Of a stretch of DNA of 64,000 nt, positions 1 to 13,315 are shown in pieces. Below the pieces are notes generated by a model, which was not told the DNA's origin, ran no database searches, and saw nothing but the letters and a program-made list of their open reading frames with translations. Within the stretch, counting starts at the first letter, position 1. The number at the start of each line of letters is the position of its first letter. The translations under genes and the position numbers were made by a program. The DNA comes from Octopus sinensis (taxonomy: Eukaryota), in the NCBI RefSeq assembly GCF_006345805.1, contig NC_043014.1:42842001-42906000 (forward strand). The letters run 5' to 3'.

Positions 1-5
1 CCACC

Positions 6-66
<61 letters not shown>

Positions 67-260
67 CCACCACCACCACCACCACCACCATCATCATCAC
101 CACCACCACCACCATCATCTTCATCATCATCATCATCACCACCACCACCACCACCATCATCTTCATCATCATCATCACCACCACCACCACCATCATCTTC
201 ATCATCATCATCACCACCACCACCACCACCACCATCATCTACATCATCATCATCATCATG

Positions 261-325
<65 letters not shown>

Positions 326-880
326 CATTATCATCTGCTGCACTATCACCTTCAACAACCATCATACACACCATCACCATCACCATCTACACCATCGCCA
401 CCATCATCACCACCATCACCAGCACCACTACATACATCCACCACCACAGTCACCATCACCTCTGCAACCTCCAACTCCATCGCCATCACTGACGCCTCTT
501 CCTCCTCCTCCTCCTCCACCACCACCACCACCACCTCTGCCACCACCATCTCCACCAACGTTTTCAAAACAAATACCACCACCACCACCACCACCACAAC
601 TACCACCACCATCACTACCACCACAACTACCACAACTACCACCACCACAACTACCACAACTACCACCACCACCACCACCACAACTACCACCACCACCACC
701 ACCACCACCACACCACAGCTACCACCACCGCCACTACCACCATCACTGCCATTACCACCACCACCATCACCACCACAACTACCACCACCACTGCCACTAC
801 CACCACCACCTCACCACCACCACCACCACCACCACTAACCTCCATCCCAACCACCACCACAACTATCACCTCTACCTCTA
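1..880. repeat. Compound (CAC)n/(CAT)n/(CCA)n trinucleotide microsatellite
   Basis: Directly visible; produces the poly-T/I/H/P ORFs. Confidence 0.97.
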
Positions 881-1142
881 CTTTGAATTGTTGTCCACGA
901 GAGCAAATGATTTAAGAGGAAGGATCCATTATCTTGCTTCTGTTTTTATTCCATGTCTATTCGTGTGGTGACACTCTTGAGTTCTTCACAAGTCTGGAGT
1001 TTTGTCGATTAAATCAGGTTTCCCCAGTTCTTCATCATTTCATCACATGTCTGTCTTGGACCAACGATGGGAGTTTTCATTAAATATTTATTTTCATGTC
1101 TATGTTTTGTTTTAGTGTTGTCTTTTTTCTTTCTCTTTAGTA

Positions 1143-1810
<668 letters not shown>

Positions 1811-3014
1811 ACCTATTAAACAGGCATCAGAACCAGCTGAGCAGCATTGTAGGCCCTGGGGAAAATCAATGCACTGAGCCCTACAGCATAAATAAGACAG
1901 AATTGGACCCCTAAATACATGTACCCCACTCCCCTTTCGCTGCATAACCATCCAGAGTACCCATTACTTTAAAGCAGCCCTGATAGGTACCGTATATTTC
2001 ATTTTCTATATTGCTGTTACAATGTACCAGATGTTCTTTATAAAACCGTAAAACTGATGTCCTTTATAACACTATAAAATAGATGCAATTATATTTAATG
2101 AAATTTTTCAAAGTTAATTTCTATATTAGATAATTAGTTAACAGAAACATAATGTAATTAAACAGTTGTAATTTTGTAAACAGCCTTGCCTTGTAGAGTG
2201 AAAGAGAGATTGAGTTCTTGGAAAGAAGGGTTTGTTTTTATGGTGCTTGTTGTTAAGTAAAGCAAATTAACTTTTCTCTGATGAGGTGGAACTGGTCGAA
2301 GCATTTGTCTCAGTTTCTATTTCATCTCTTTGGCACACTGGCATCGATATTCCTGTTCTGTTTCCATTGCCAATCTAATTCATGCTGATTAATTATTAAC
2401 ATCTGCCAAAATTCTAGCAACTATATGTATATATATATATATATACAAGTTGAATAAAATGAGACAACAAAGCCAAGGCAATGGGAAATTTCTTAGGATA
2501 TTCATAAAGAGCGGGGTAGTCTTACAGCTGTTTCAGGTGGAATTTGACCTCAGAATGTAAAAACAGATTAAAATGCCATTTTAAAAAGTCGTGCAGTAAG
2601 AAGAACTTGCCTAAGTTGTCGCACAACAGTACTAAACCTGAGACCTCATGGTTGCAAAGTGAGCTTCTTAACCACACAACAATATCTGGACCAATATTCA
2701 ACAATATATTTCTTCTTTAAAAAAATTATCCTTTCTCTTCTTTGTTGATCTTTTTAAAATAAAGCAAGCGATAAAATCTATAAAGAGAAAAGAGAAAAAC
2801 CATTTCTGTAATGAACCAGATGCAAAGGAAACTTACAAACTGCCCTTCGTTAGGGCAGTAGAGATTCTCTCATGGAATCAATATCCGGAGACTCTTCAAT
2901 AGCCTCAGATAGTTTAGCTCCAAGATCAAAAATATAGTTCAAAGAAGAAAGGACTGTTGACACAAGATGTCTTTAGCACCACAGGCTGCAAAAGACAATT
3001 GCCAATCAAGTTGT

Positions 3015-3046
<32 letters not shown>

Positions 3047-3163
3047 AGTCTCACTGTCTTTTGATTTCTTTTCCAATGCCAATGAAGTTGCAATGAGGCA
3101 TCAATAACATTGGATCTGTCAAACCACAGTTTAAGAAAAAGAAAGAAATGTTATCTGTTATTT

Positions 3164-3808
3164 GAAAATGTTTGACGAAAATGCATGATGTTAAATGTTT
3201 AATGAAAATGTCGGATGAAAATGTCTAATGTAAATGTTTGATGAAAATATTTGATGAAAATGTTTGATGAAATTGTTTGAGGAAAATGATTGATGAAAAT
3301 GTTTAATGAAAATGTCGGATGAAAATGTCTAATGTAAGTGTTTGATGAAAATTTTTGATGAAAATGTTTGAGGAAAATGTTTGATGTAAATGTTTGATGA
3401 AAATGTTTGATGAAAATGTTTGACGAAAATGCTTGATGAAAATGTTTAATGAAGATGCCGGATAAAAACGTCTAATGTAAATGTTTGATGAAAATATTTG
3501 ATGAAACTGTTTGAGGAAAATGTTTGATGAAAATGTTTGACGAAAATGCTTGATGAAAATGTTTGAGGAAAATGCTTGATGAAAATGTTTAATGAAAATG
3601 TCGGATGAAAATGTCTAATGTAAATGTTTGATGAAAATGTTTGATGAAATTGTTTGAGGAAAATGTTTGATGAAATGGTCTGATGAAAATATTTGATGAA
3701 AATGTTTGATGAAAATGTTTTGATTAAAATGTTAGATGAAAAGGATTCATGAAAATGTTTGATGAAAATATCTGATGAATATGTTTGATGAAAATGTTTA
3801 ATGAAAAT
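3164..3808. repeat. 13-bp minisatellite (GAAAATGTTTGAT)n with higher-order structure
   Basis: About 50 units; the marker variant TCGG/CCGG recurs at 3211, 3315, 3458 and 3601 (spacings 104, 143, 143 = 8x13, 11x13, 11x13). Confidence 0.95.
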
Positions 3809-4195
3809 TACGTTTATATATTTGTTTTGCAAGATTTTTGATGTGAAATCGTGTGTTGAAACAGATATTGTTGTATTTAGGAATGGTCATTTTGCCAGTT
3901 TAGCCAATAAAAACACACACACTGGTGTTACTTTGCTTCAGCGTTATTCACTTTTTACATTAATCTTAATCTTATTTCGGCCAGAGTTCTTTCGTCACAC
4001 TCCTGTGACCTCATCAGTGGTCCTTTGCTTTCTTCTTTCTTATTTGTGTGTCTCTCCTTACTAACGGTCAGCCATTTTGTATTTTGTATTTCTATTGTAT
4101 GTGTCTTCATTTGCGCATGCGTATACCTCTATGGAAGTAAATAACTATATAATTTTAAAAAATTATTATTATACATACATAATAATAACAATAAC

Positions 4196-4230
<35 letters not shown>

Positions 4231-4369
4231 GTAGGTGTAAACACATGAACAAAATAAAAATAAACAAAAACAAAAACAAATTACACGAACATATATAAAC
4301 AGGAGATACAAATATTACAGGCACTTCTCCCCTCCACACACATTAAATAAACATAGACACACATAGATG

Positions 4370-4903
4370 TAGTAGTAGTGGTGGTGGTGGTAGTGGTAGT
4401 GGTGGTAGTAATGATCGTGAGAAGTAGTGGTGGTAGTTGTAGTAGTAGCAGCAGCAGCAGCAATGATGTTGGCAATGGTGGTGATGGTGCTAGTGGTGGT
4501 GATGATGGTGGTGATGGTAATAGTTATAGTAGTAATAGTAGTAGTAGTAGTAGTAGTAGTATAGTAGTAACAGTGATTGTAGTGGTGGTGGTTGCAGCAG
4601 TAGTGGTGATGGTAGTGATGATAATGATGATGATGCTGGTGGTGTTGGTGTTGGTGGTGGTGTTGGTGTTGGTGGTGGTGTTGGTGTTGGTGGTGGTGGT
4701 GGTGGGGGGTCATCGCCCATGGTTTGAAGCAATAGTAAGAAAACAAAAAAAAAACAATAAGAAATACAGAAGAAAGAAAAAAAGCAAATTACAGAATGGA
4801 AGCAAAATAACCAACCGACCGACCGATCAACACCAGTAACAACTACAACAACAAAAGCACCACCACCACCACCAGCAACAACAACAACACCAACACCACC
4901 ACC

Positions 4904-4935
<32 letters not shown>

Positions 4936-4981
4936 CAACAACAACACCACCACCAACAACAACAACACCACCACCACCACC

Positions 4982-5013
<32 letters not shown>

Positions 5014-5056
5014 CAACAACAACACCACCACCAACAACAACAACACCACCACCACC

Positions 5057-5088
<32 letters not shown>

Positions 5089-5146
5089 CAACAACACCAA
5101 CACCAACAACAACACCAACAACAACAACAACACCACCACCACCATC

Positions 5147-5177
<31 letters not shown>

Positions 5178-5602
5178 CCAACCAACCACCACTACCACCA
5201 CCAACAACACCACCACCAACACAACCACAACACCACCCCACCACAACAACAACAACAAACCACACCACAACACACCACACCCCACACCAACAACAACAAC
5301 AACCCACCACCACCAACAACAACACAACAACCACCACCACCAACAACAACACAACAACACAAAACACCACCACCACCACCACCCACAAACAACAACACAC
5401 CACCACCACAACACCACCACCACCAACAAACCAACAACACCCCACCACCACAACAACAACACCACCACCACCACCACAACAACAACAACAACACCACAAC
5501 AACAACCACACCACCACCACCAACAACACAACAAAAACAACCCACCACCACCACAACAACAGCACAACAACACCCCACCACCTCCACAACAACAACAACA
5601 CC

Positions 5603-5634
<32 letters not shown>

Positions 5635-5701
5635 CAACACCACCACCACCAACAACAACAACAACAACAACACCACCACCAACAACAACAACAAAACCAC
5701 C

Positions 5702-5751
<50 letters not shown>

Positions 5752-5765
5752 AACAACAACAAAAA
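4370..5765. repeat. (GTG/GTA/GCA)n followed by a long (CAC/CAA)n tract
   Basis: Directly visible; the middle part (5170-5590) is out of phase and noisy. Confidence 0.93.
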
Positions 5766-6286
5766 AAGCAAGCAAACGATAATAATTTGGTTGTTGTACC
5801 GAATAAAGAACCGAAAATATATATGTGAGTAAATAATTAGCGTAGAGGAACTGGCTTAAGATTTCCAGTTGGAATATTGGCAGTAAAATACCATGCTGAC
5901 TATTAAAAGACTGACAACATCATAATTGTGGCTGTTGGCTATCAGGTTCTTGAAGATCTTTATTCTTTTAATCAAGCATGATAACAGGAACGAGAGACTC
6001 CGACTGGCGTTGGGAAATATTAGAAGTATTACTACCCGGGTGTAAATGTACCCCTGTTGCTGGATGACGGAAGAGTATAAACTATCATTAAATATGTGGG
6101 GTTTTTTTTTGTATTTTTTTATATGTTTATGTTATCATTGTTATCATCATCGTCATCGTTATTGCTATAATTCCCACTTTTCCATGCTTGCATGTGTGTG
6201 CTATTTATGTATATGCATGTATCTGTGTGTGTATGCATGTGTGTATAAACACACATACATACATCTGTATGTGTGTGTGATATGTA

Positions 6287-6336
<50 letters not shown>

Positions 6337-6431
6337 AGATATATATATAGATATATATGCATATTAATAGCATATATATATGTATATATATATATGTTAT
6401 ATATATTATATGTATAATATATGTATATATA

Positions 6432-6617
6432 TCATCATCATCATCGTTTAGCATCCGCTTTCCATGCTAGCATGGGTTGGACGGTTCAACTGGGATCTGG
6501 GAAGCCTGAAGGCTGCACCAGGCCCAGTCTGATCTGGCAATGTTTCTACGGCTGGATGCCCTTCCTAACGCCAACCACTCCGTGAGTGTAGTGGGTGGAT
6601 TTTACGTGCCACCGGCA
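6432..6617 (-). mobile_element. 5'-truncated 3' UTR of an RTE-clade LINE with (GAT)n tail
   Basis: Reverse complement matches the 3' end of the RTE copy at 24305-25195 (...CCCATGCTAGCATGGAAAGCGGATGCTAAACGATGATGAT). Confidence 0.85.
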
Positions 6618-6639
6618 TATATATATATATATATAGGGA

Positions 6640-6815
6640 GAATTCATGAAAAAAACAAAAGACAAAGACAGGTGGTGTAAAAAACAAACAGATGTATTAG
6701 TATAACGCTCAGGAATAGAAAAAGTCTTTTATGTTTCGAGCCTATGCTCTTCCACAGAAGGGAACACAGAATGAAACAAGGAGAGAAAAAGAATGTGTGT
6801 AGTGGCTACCAATCT
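6640..6815 (-). mobile_element. Penelope-like pLTR fragment (family 2), degenerate hammerhead
   Basis: Homologous to 39951-40163; minus strand CTGTGGAAGAGCATAGGCTCGAAACATAAAAGAC; flanked by (TA)n on both sides. Confidence 0.65.
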
Positions 6816-6847
<32 letters not shown>

Positions 6848-6851
<4 letters not shown>

Positions 6852-7353
6852 GTTGCCAACTAAGTTCATGCTGTTTTTTGGAATCTAATTGTTTGGAGAA
6901 TTCTATTTTTGAATAATTTTGGAAGCTATTTTGTTTTTTTGTTTCTAGTTAATTTTAGTTAATTTTTGTTTATTTTCAGATCATTAAAATGGAATGTCAA
7001 GTTAAGAAAAATGAGCATTTTCAACACCCACTTCTCTTTGCTTTTAATGAAGGTTCTACGGCCTCAAAAGCTGCTCGTGACATTTGTGCTGTGTATGGAG
7101 AGGGTGCCATAGCTGAAAGAACTGCTCGTGATTGGTATGGCAAGTTCAAAAATGGAAATTTTGACCTCACAGATGCACCTTGTTCTGGCCGTCCAGTTGA
7201 GTTTGATAAAGAGCAATTAAACCAACTTTGCACAAAAATTCTTACCAAACGACAATGGAACTGGCAGAGAAAATGGAATGTTCCCACACTGCTATAGAGA
7301 AGCATCTCCACGCGATGGGAAAGGTTCAGAAGTATGGAGCATGGGTTCCACAA
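6848..7353 (+). mobile_element. Truncated mariner (Tc1/mariner) transposon: left TIR plus N-terminal transposase
   Basis: TA followed by TIR-like TTGGGTTGCCAACTAAGTTC; ORF 6989-7297 is a mariner HTH domain (ASKAARDICAVYGEGAIAERTARDWYGKFKNGNFDLTDAPCSGRP); after a frameshift it reaches the WVP(H/Q) motif at ~7341 and stops. Confidence 0.9.
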
Positions 7354-7419
7354 GCTCCATACTTCTGAACCCCTCTCTCTCTCTCTCTTTGTATATATTA
7401 AATGTAGCTATACATTCTC

Positions 7420-7745
7420 ACTCATTTCTCATGTTTCCATCATTTACTGCGGCCATGCTGGGGCACCGCCTTAGGTGATCAAATCGAGCTTATTCTTTGT
7501 AAGCCCATTACTTACTATCGGTCTCTTTTGCTCCGAACCGCTAAGTGGCGGGGACTAGACACACCTCGGTTGTCAGCAATGCTAGGGGGACAAACACGAC
7601 ATATATATATATATATACGACAGGTTTCTTTCAGTTTCCGTCTACCAATCCACTCACAAGTGGTCGGCCGGGGCTATGCAGAAGACACTTGCCCATGCCA
7701 CGCGTGGGACTGAACCCGCAACCATGTGGTTGGTTAGCAGCACTT
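7420..7745 (-). mobile_element. tRNA-derived SINE family A, partial
   Basis: Homologous to 12179-12598. Confidence 0.85.
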
Positions 7746-8373
7746 GATGTGATATTGATGATGATGATGATGATGATGATGTGTGTGTGTGTGTTGGCAT
7801 GTAGATAGATAGATAGATACACAAATATGTAGAGAGTTACAAAGGTACACACATATGCATACGCACACTCACGCATGCACACACACACACACACACACTT
7901 GCGCACACATGTACACTTATATATCTGTATTTGTAGAGGTATGTGTGTTTTTCTTTCTATTTCACTCTTCCGTAAAACCCCACTAAGTTACAGACACACA
8001 GTGGCTGCCTGTCTGCCTGCCTGCCTGTCTGTCTGTCTGCCGACTGCCTGCCTGTCTGCCTGCATATTTTTTTTTTTTTGGCATTTCCTATAACAATGAT
8101 GTTAATTGTGATAATGGTTGATATCACAGATATATTTATTTATGGATTAACTTTACAGAGACACGAAATGAAATTAAACGAAAACTAATAATTATTTATC
8201 TATTTTAAACTAGACTTTCTTATAACAGACCTTTTTGCTCTCCCCTCCTCTTCTTCTTCTTCTTCTTCTTCTTCTTCTTCTTCTTCTCCTTCTCCTCGTC
8301 CACCACAGACAGATAATTTATCTATTTTTAAACTAGTCTCTTTCCTCTTTCTAACTAACAAACTTACTCTCTT

Positions 8374-8404
<31 letters not shown>

Positions 8405-8813
8405 TGGATTCTTTGTTTAGCAAACATGACTGCTCAGAAGAAGGGCACTGCTCTCCACCTCTAACTTGACAAGAGTGACCAACTGTCATTATTTCAATTA
8501 TTCCAATTCCTGGCCCCACCCCTATCCCAACATCTATGACCACTCATCATTACTCCATCTCTCTTCATCTCTCTTACTCGTCTTCACAAAAGTATGACTA
8601 CCAGCTTCTGCTCCACCTACCCTGGATCCTGCATCAGAAGGCGTGAACTTTGCTGTGAGCGAGCAGTGTAGGCAGCCTATTATGGAGACTAAGAACTCTG
8701 AATAAATTGAATATGGAGAAGACATGGAGTTCACTATCTGTAGTGAAGGTAATTTGTTTAGGAGAGTAGTTACTTTGTATAAAATCTGACACAGCGTTGT
8801 ATAAAAGATAGTT

Positions 8814-9368
8814 GAGGGTTTTTCACACATAGCCAGATGTTTCCAGCCCACCACATCATTACGATGTGCAGCACCAACAGAGAAAGCTTATATGTAATCA
8901 GGGTTTTACATTGAATTTGTGACTGAGGGTTTTTCACACATAGCCAGATGTTTCCACCCCACCACACTGTTACAATTTGCAGCACCAACACAGAAAGCTT
9001 ATATGTAATCAGGGTTTTACATTGATTTGTGACTGAGGGTTTTTCACACCTAGCCAGATGTTTCCACCCCACCACACTGTTACAATGTACAGCATCAACA
9101 GAGAAAGCTTATATGTAATCAGGGTTTTACATTGAATTTGTGACTGAGGGTTTTTCACACCTAGCCAGATGTTTCCACCCCGCCACACTGTTACAATGTG
9201 CAACACCAACTCAGAAAGCTTATATGTAATCAGCGTTTTACATTGAATTTGTGACTGAGGGTTTTTCACACCTAGCCAGATGTTTCCACCCCACCACACT
9301 GTTACAATGTGCAGCACCAACAGAGAAAGCTTATATGTAATCAGGGTTTTACATTGAATTTGTGACTG
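8814..9368. repeat. 111-bp tandem repeat, 5 units
   Basis: GAGGGTTTTTCACAC starts at 8814, 8925, 9035, 9146 and 9257. Confidence 0.95.
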
Positions 9369-9543
9369 TTATGATTTTGACATGGTTTGGCTGGTTAGAT
9401 GTCCTTCCTATTACCAACCACATTACATCAGGAACTGGGTGCATGCTATCATGCCACCAGTACTGAAGAGGTCATTTATCAGAACATAAGTCCTTCCTCA
9501 ACATAGTTAGGTGATTAATGACTTCAGAGTAAGAGATAGATGT

Positions 9544-9625
9544 GGAGGTGCATGGCTTAGTGGTTAGAGTGTTGGACTCATGATCGTAAGATTGAGGTTT
9601 CGATTCCTGGACAGGTGGTGTGTTG
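9544..9625 (+). mobile_element. tRNA-like SINE head (family C) fragment
   Basis: A box TGGCTTAGTGG, B box GTTTCGATTCC; matches 13325 copy. Confidence 0.7.
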
Positions 9626-9629
9626 TAGG

Positions 9630-10000
9630 GTAACCTTTACCTTTACCTTAAGAGCTAGATGGATTGAGAGGCACAACAAAATCTGCGGAAGGAGAGTATG
9701 GAAGTTGAAATATCTCTCTGCTAGATACCGATTCAGAAAAGTTCTAGAGGGTGTTGTATATTGAGACGGGTGAGATAGTGACCAATGGCATAAAAGACAA
9801 GCGAGGATTTCTACAAGACAACTTGCTGTGTGTCACAGCCCAGATCTAAGAATGGATCCAGGTTCCAGTCATATGAGAAGCTGATTCATTGTCAGAATAG
9901 TACAATAAATATAGACTTGAAAACTAAGAGACAACTATGAGAAAAATGGAAGATATTCTGATGAACGGAGCATCTTGCAGTGTTGTTTCATAATTTGGTT
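9630..10000 (-). pseudogene. Possible highly decayed PLE reverse transcriptase fragment
   Basis: Minus-strand translation gives FLDL...HYLTRLNIQHP...FRRFC, resembling the PLE RT FLD..., HYL...HP, RRICS motifs; many stops. Confidence 0.3.
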
Positions 10001-10429
10001 CATAAAGTGATCAAGTAAATAGGTTCATTGATGCTTCTAGACCTTCGTGGTCTCATCTTCTTGGTGAAGTAGTTATTGGAGGAGGTTTTTAATTTTTTTT
10101 TTTTTTACTGTGGGTAAGAATGATGGGAAAGTTGTTGTGTTAAAAGCTATGTCACCCTGGTTAAGTCAAATATGTTGACAGTTAAACCTAAGTTTGTATT
10201 TTATTAGTAAAATACAATATGCATGCTCTAAATTCTGGTTTGTATCTTATCACTGATATATACCTTCCAGAGTTAATCTTGTTTGGTATCTTTTTTATGG
10301 ATTTTTATATGATATGGTTGTGTTGGTTACAAACAAAATGTAAAGGATTAATTTTAAAATTTTTTTATAAAACATAAAGGTAAGATAAAGCTTAAGTATA
10401 GGTATATCACGTGCGTGTATTGTCATTGT

Positions 10430-10655
10430 AATCGTCATCATCACCATCATCAACATCCCCATCATCAACATCCCCATCATCCTCCTCCTCATCATCACCA
10501 CCACCACCACCACCACCACCACCACCACCATGACCACCACCACTACTTCCACCACGACCATGACTACCACCACTACCATGACCACTACCACCACCATGAC
10601 CACCACCACGGCCATCATGACGACGACGATGACAATCACCACCACCATCATCATT
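10430..10655. repeat. (CAT/CAC)n microsatellite
   Basis: Directly visible. Confidence 0.9.
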
Positions 10656-10730
10656 ATCTTCTACTACAGCCTCGGGCCGACCAAAGCCTGTGAGTGGAAT
10701 TGGTAGACGGAAACTGAAAGAAGCCTATCA

Positions 10731-10767
<37 letters not shown>

Positions 10768-10865
10768 ATATTTATATATATATACATATATGGTTGTATA
10801 TATAATATATATATATAATATACATAATATGTGTATGTTATTATATATATATATATATCTATGTA

Positions 10866-11755
10866 TCATCATCATCATCATCCTCATTTAACGTCCGCTT
10901 TCCATGCTAGCATGGGTTGGACGGTTCAACTGGAGTCGGGTGGAGCCCCCGAAGGCTGCACCAGGCCAGTCAGATCTGGCAGTGTTTCTACAGCTGGATG
11001 CCCTTCTAACGCCAACCACTCCGAGAGTGTAGTGGGTGATTTTATTGTGCCACCGAACAGGTGCCAGACGAGGCTGGCGAACGGCCACACTCGGATGGTG
11101 TTTTTTTTTTATGTGCCACCGACACAGGTGCCAGACGAGGCTGGCAGACGGCCACGCTCGGATGTGTTTTTATGTGCCACCGACACAAGTGCCAGATGAG
11201 GCTGGCGAACGGCCACGATCGGCTGGTGTTTGTTACGTGCCCGGATGGTGTTTGTTACGTGCCCACAGCACGGAGGCCAGTCGATGCGTACTGGCTACGG
11301 CCACGTTCGGATGGTTTTCTTGTGTGCCACCGGCACTGGTACCACAAAGATACAAATTCCATTGATGTTCATCTATTTTGATTTGGTTTGATTTTCACTT
11401 GCCTCACAGGTCTTCACAAGTGTCACATACTTGCCTCAACAGGTCTTCACAAGTGTCATAAAAGGAAGGTTGCCCAGTACTGACTACGTCCCAGGTAGGG
11501 GCAAGGGTTATGGCCTGACTAGTCTTGCCGGGTTCTTTGGATGGTGTTTTTATGTGCCACCAACACAAGGTGCCAGATGAGCTGGCGAACGGCACGATCG
11601 GATGGTGTTTGTTACGTGCCCACAGCACGGAGGCAGTCGATGTGGTACTGGCTACCGCCACGTTCGGATGGTTTTCTTGTGTGCCACCGGCATTGGTACC
11701 ACAAAGATACAAATTCCATTGATGTTCATCTATTTTGATTTGTTTTGATTGGATT
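10866..11755 (-). mobile_element. RTE LINE 3' UTR with internal ~60-bp repeats, plus a partial tandem second copy (11536-11755)
   Basis: Same terminus as 24305-25195; internal unit ATGTGCCACCGACACAGGTGCCAGACGAGGCTGGCGAACGGCCAC repeated three times. Confidence 0.85.
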
Positions 11756-11851
11756 TGATTATGATTATTATTATGATTATTATTATTATTTTATTATTAT
11801 TATTATTATTATTATTTATGTATATATGTATATATTTATATATATATACAT

Positions 11852-11885
<34 letters not shown>

Positions 11886-11939
11886 TTATATATATATACA
11901 TATATATATATTTGTATATATGTATGTATATATATGTGT

Positions 11940-12178
11940 GTGTGTGTGTGGATGTCTTTGTGTCCCATGCTTATCCTCTCACCATCACTTGACAACTGAT
12001 GTTGATGCATTCCTGTCTCCATACCTTAGCGGTGCGGCAAAAAGAGACCGATAGAATAAGTACTAGGCTTACAAAGAATAAGTTCTGGGGGTCAATTTCT
12101 ACAATTATAACCCTTTAAGGCAGTGCTCCAGCATGGCTGCAGTCAAATAACTGAAACAAGTAAAAGAATAAAAGAATA
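11940..12178 (+). mobile_element. SINE family A, 3' half
   Basis: GACAACTGATG...CTCCAGCATGGCTGCAGTCAAATAACTGAAACAAGTAAAAGA. Confidence 0.8.
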
Positions 12179-12598
12179 GGCGCAGGAGTGGCTGTGTGGT
12201 AAGTACCTTGTTTACCGACCACATGGTTCCGGGTTCAGTCCCACTGTGTGGCACCTTGGCAAGTGTCTTCTACTATAGCCTCGGGCTGACCAAAGCCTTG
12301 TGAGTGGATTTGATAGACGGAAACTGAAAGAAGCCCGTCGTATATATGTATATATATATATATATGCGTGCGTGTGTTTGTGTGTCTGTGTGTCCCCCTA
12401 GCATTGCTTGACAACCGATGCTGTGTGTTTATGTCCCCGTTACTTAGCGGTCGGCAAAAGAGACCGATAGAATAAGTACTGGCTTACAAAAGAATAAGTC
12501 CCGGGGTTGAGTGCTCGATTGAAGGCGGTGCTCCAGCATGGCCGCAGTCAAATGACTGAAACAAGTAAAAGAGTAAAGAGTAAAGAGTAATAAAAGAG
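12179..12598 (+). mobile_element. tRNA-derived SINE family A, full length (~420 bp)
   Basis: A box TGGCTGTGTGG, B box GTTCAGTCCC, internal (TA)n/(TG)n, (GAGTAAA)n tail; about 18 related pieces in the window. Confidence 0.92.
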
Positions 12599-13075
12599 AG
12601 TGAATATGCTACTATCATGTTCTTACGAATGATATCAACCTCTCTGTCTATATATCTACCTTCTTTATGATGTTGGCAAATGAAATAGGGATAAGAATGT
12701 GCATTGTCCGTTTGATTGGAAAATTCTAAACATACACATACACTTATGTATAAAGAGAATATAGTGATGTTGATATGATTGAAGCAAAATACTTTAAGAG
12801 ATCCTTCGACATACTAAATGCAAAAACAGCATGGTCTCATGAATGTAACATAGGCGAAAATTCTTAATCCACTGATACTATCCGAGAAATCAGTAGATAA
12901 AAACTTGCTCTAGGGAGGCTGAAAAACGTAATAAAAACAAACAAGGAAGATAACTGCTTCAAGATCAGATGACTGAAATTGTTGGACAATACAGACAACA
13001 TGGATTAAGGGTTATCTGATATTTTTAAGTCTGTTAGTGAAAGCAACAGAAATGTTTTGGTATTATAAATAATGT

Positions 13076-13284
13076 TGGTGCAGATGTGGCTGTATGGTTT
13101 AGAAATTTGCTTTGTGACCACATGGTTCTGGGTTCAGTCCCACTGTGCAGTACCTTGGGCACATGTGTCTTCTTCTATAACCTTGGGCTGACCAATGCAT
13201 TCTGAGTGAATTTGTTAGATAGAAACTGTGAGTAAGCCTATCATATATGCATACATAAATACATATACACACACATAATACATC

Positions 13285-13315
<31 letters not shown>

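Noticed and set aside
880-1140. Unique segment between CAT tracts with a 60-codon open stretch
   Set aside because: No convincing splice sites, start codon or recognisable protein motif.
2700-3010. Possible ancient CR1-like 3' end (a similar case at 5930-6070)
   Set aside because: Only vague motif resemblance; too decayed to support.
3446-3832. 128-aa ORF with FIKHFHQTFSSN repeats
   Set aside because: Translation of the 13-bp minisatellite; the unit is not a multiple of 3.
5170-5590. Out-of-phase CAC/CAA region that looks like a distinct repeat
   Set aside because: The indel-rich pattern fits an unpolished long-read consensus inside a microsatellite.
8421-8748. Exon-like segment (TTTGTTTAG acceptor, AAG/GTAATT donor; PASAPPTLDPASEGVNFAVSEQCRQPIMETKNSE*IEYGEDMEFTICSE)
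   Set aside because: Stops in all three frames and no recognisable homology; at best a pseudo-exon.
9544-9625. tRNA gene (also considered for 13325-13395 and 26248-26320)
   Set aside because: The acceptor stem is incomplete and the sequence continues into SINE bodies; these are SINE heads.
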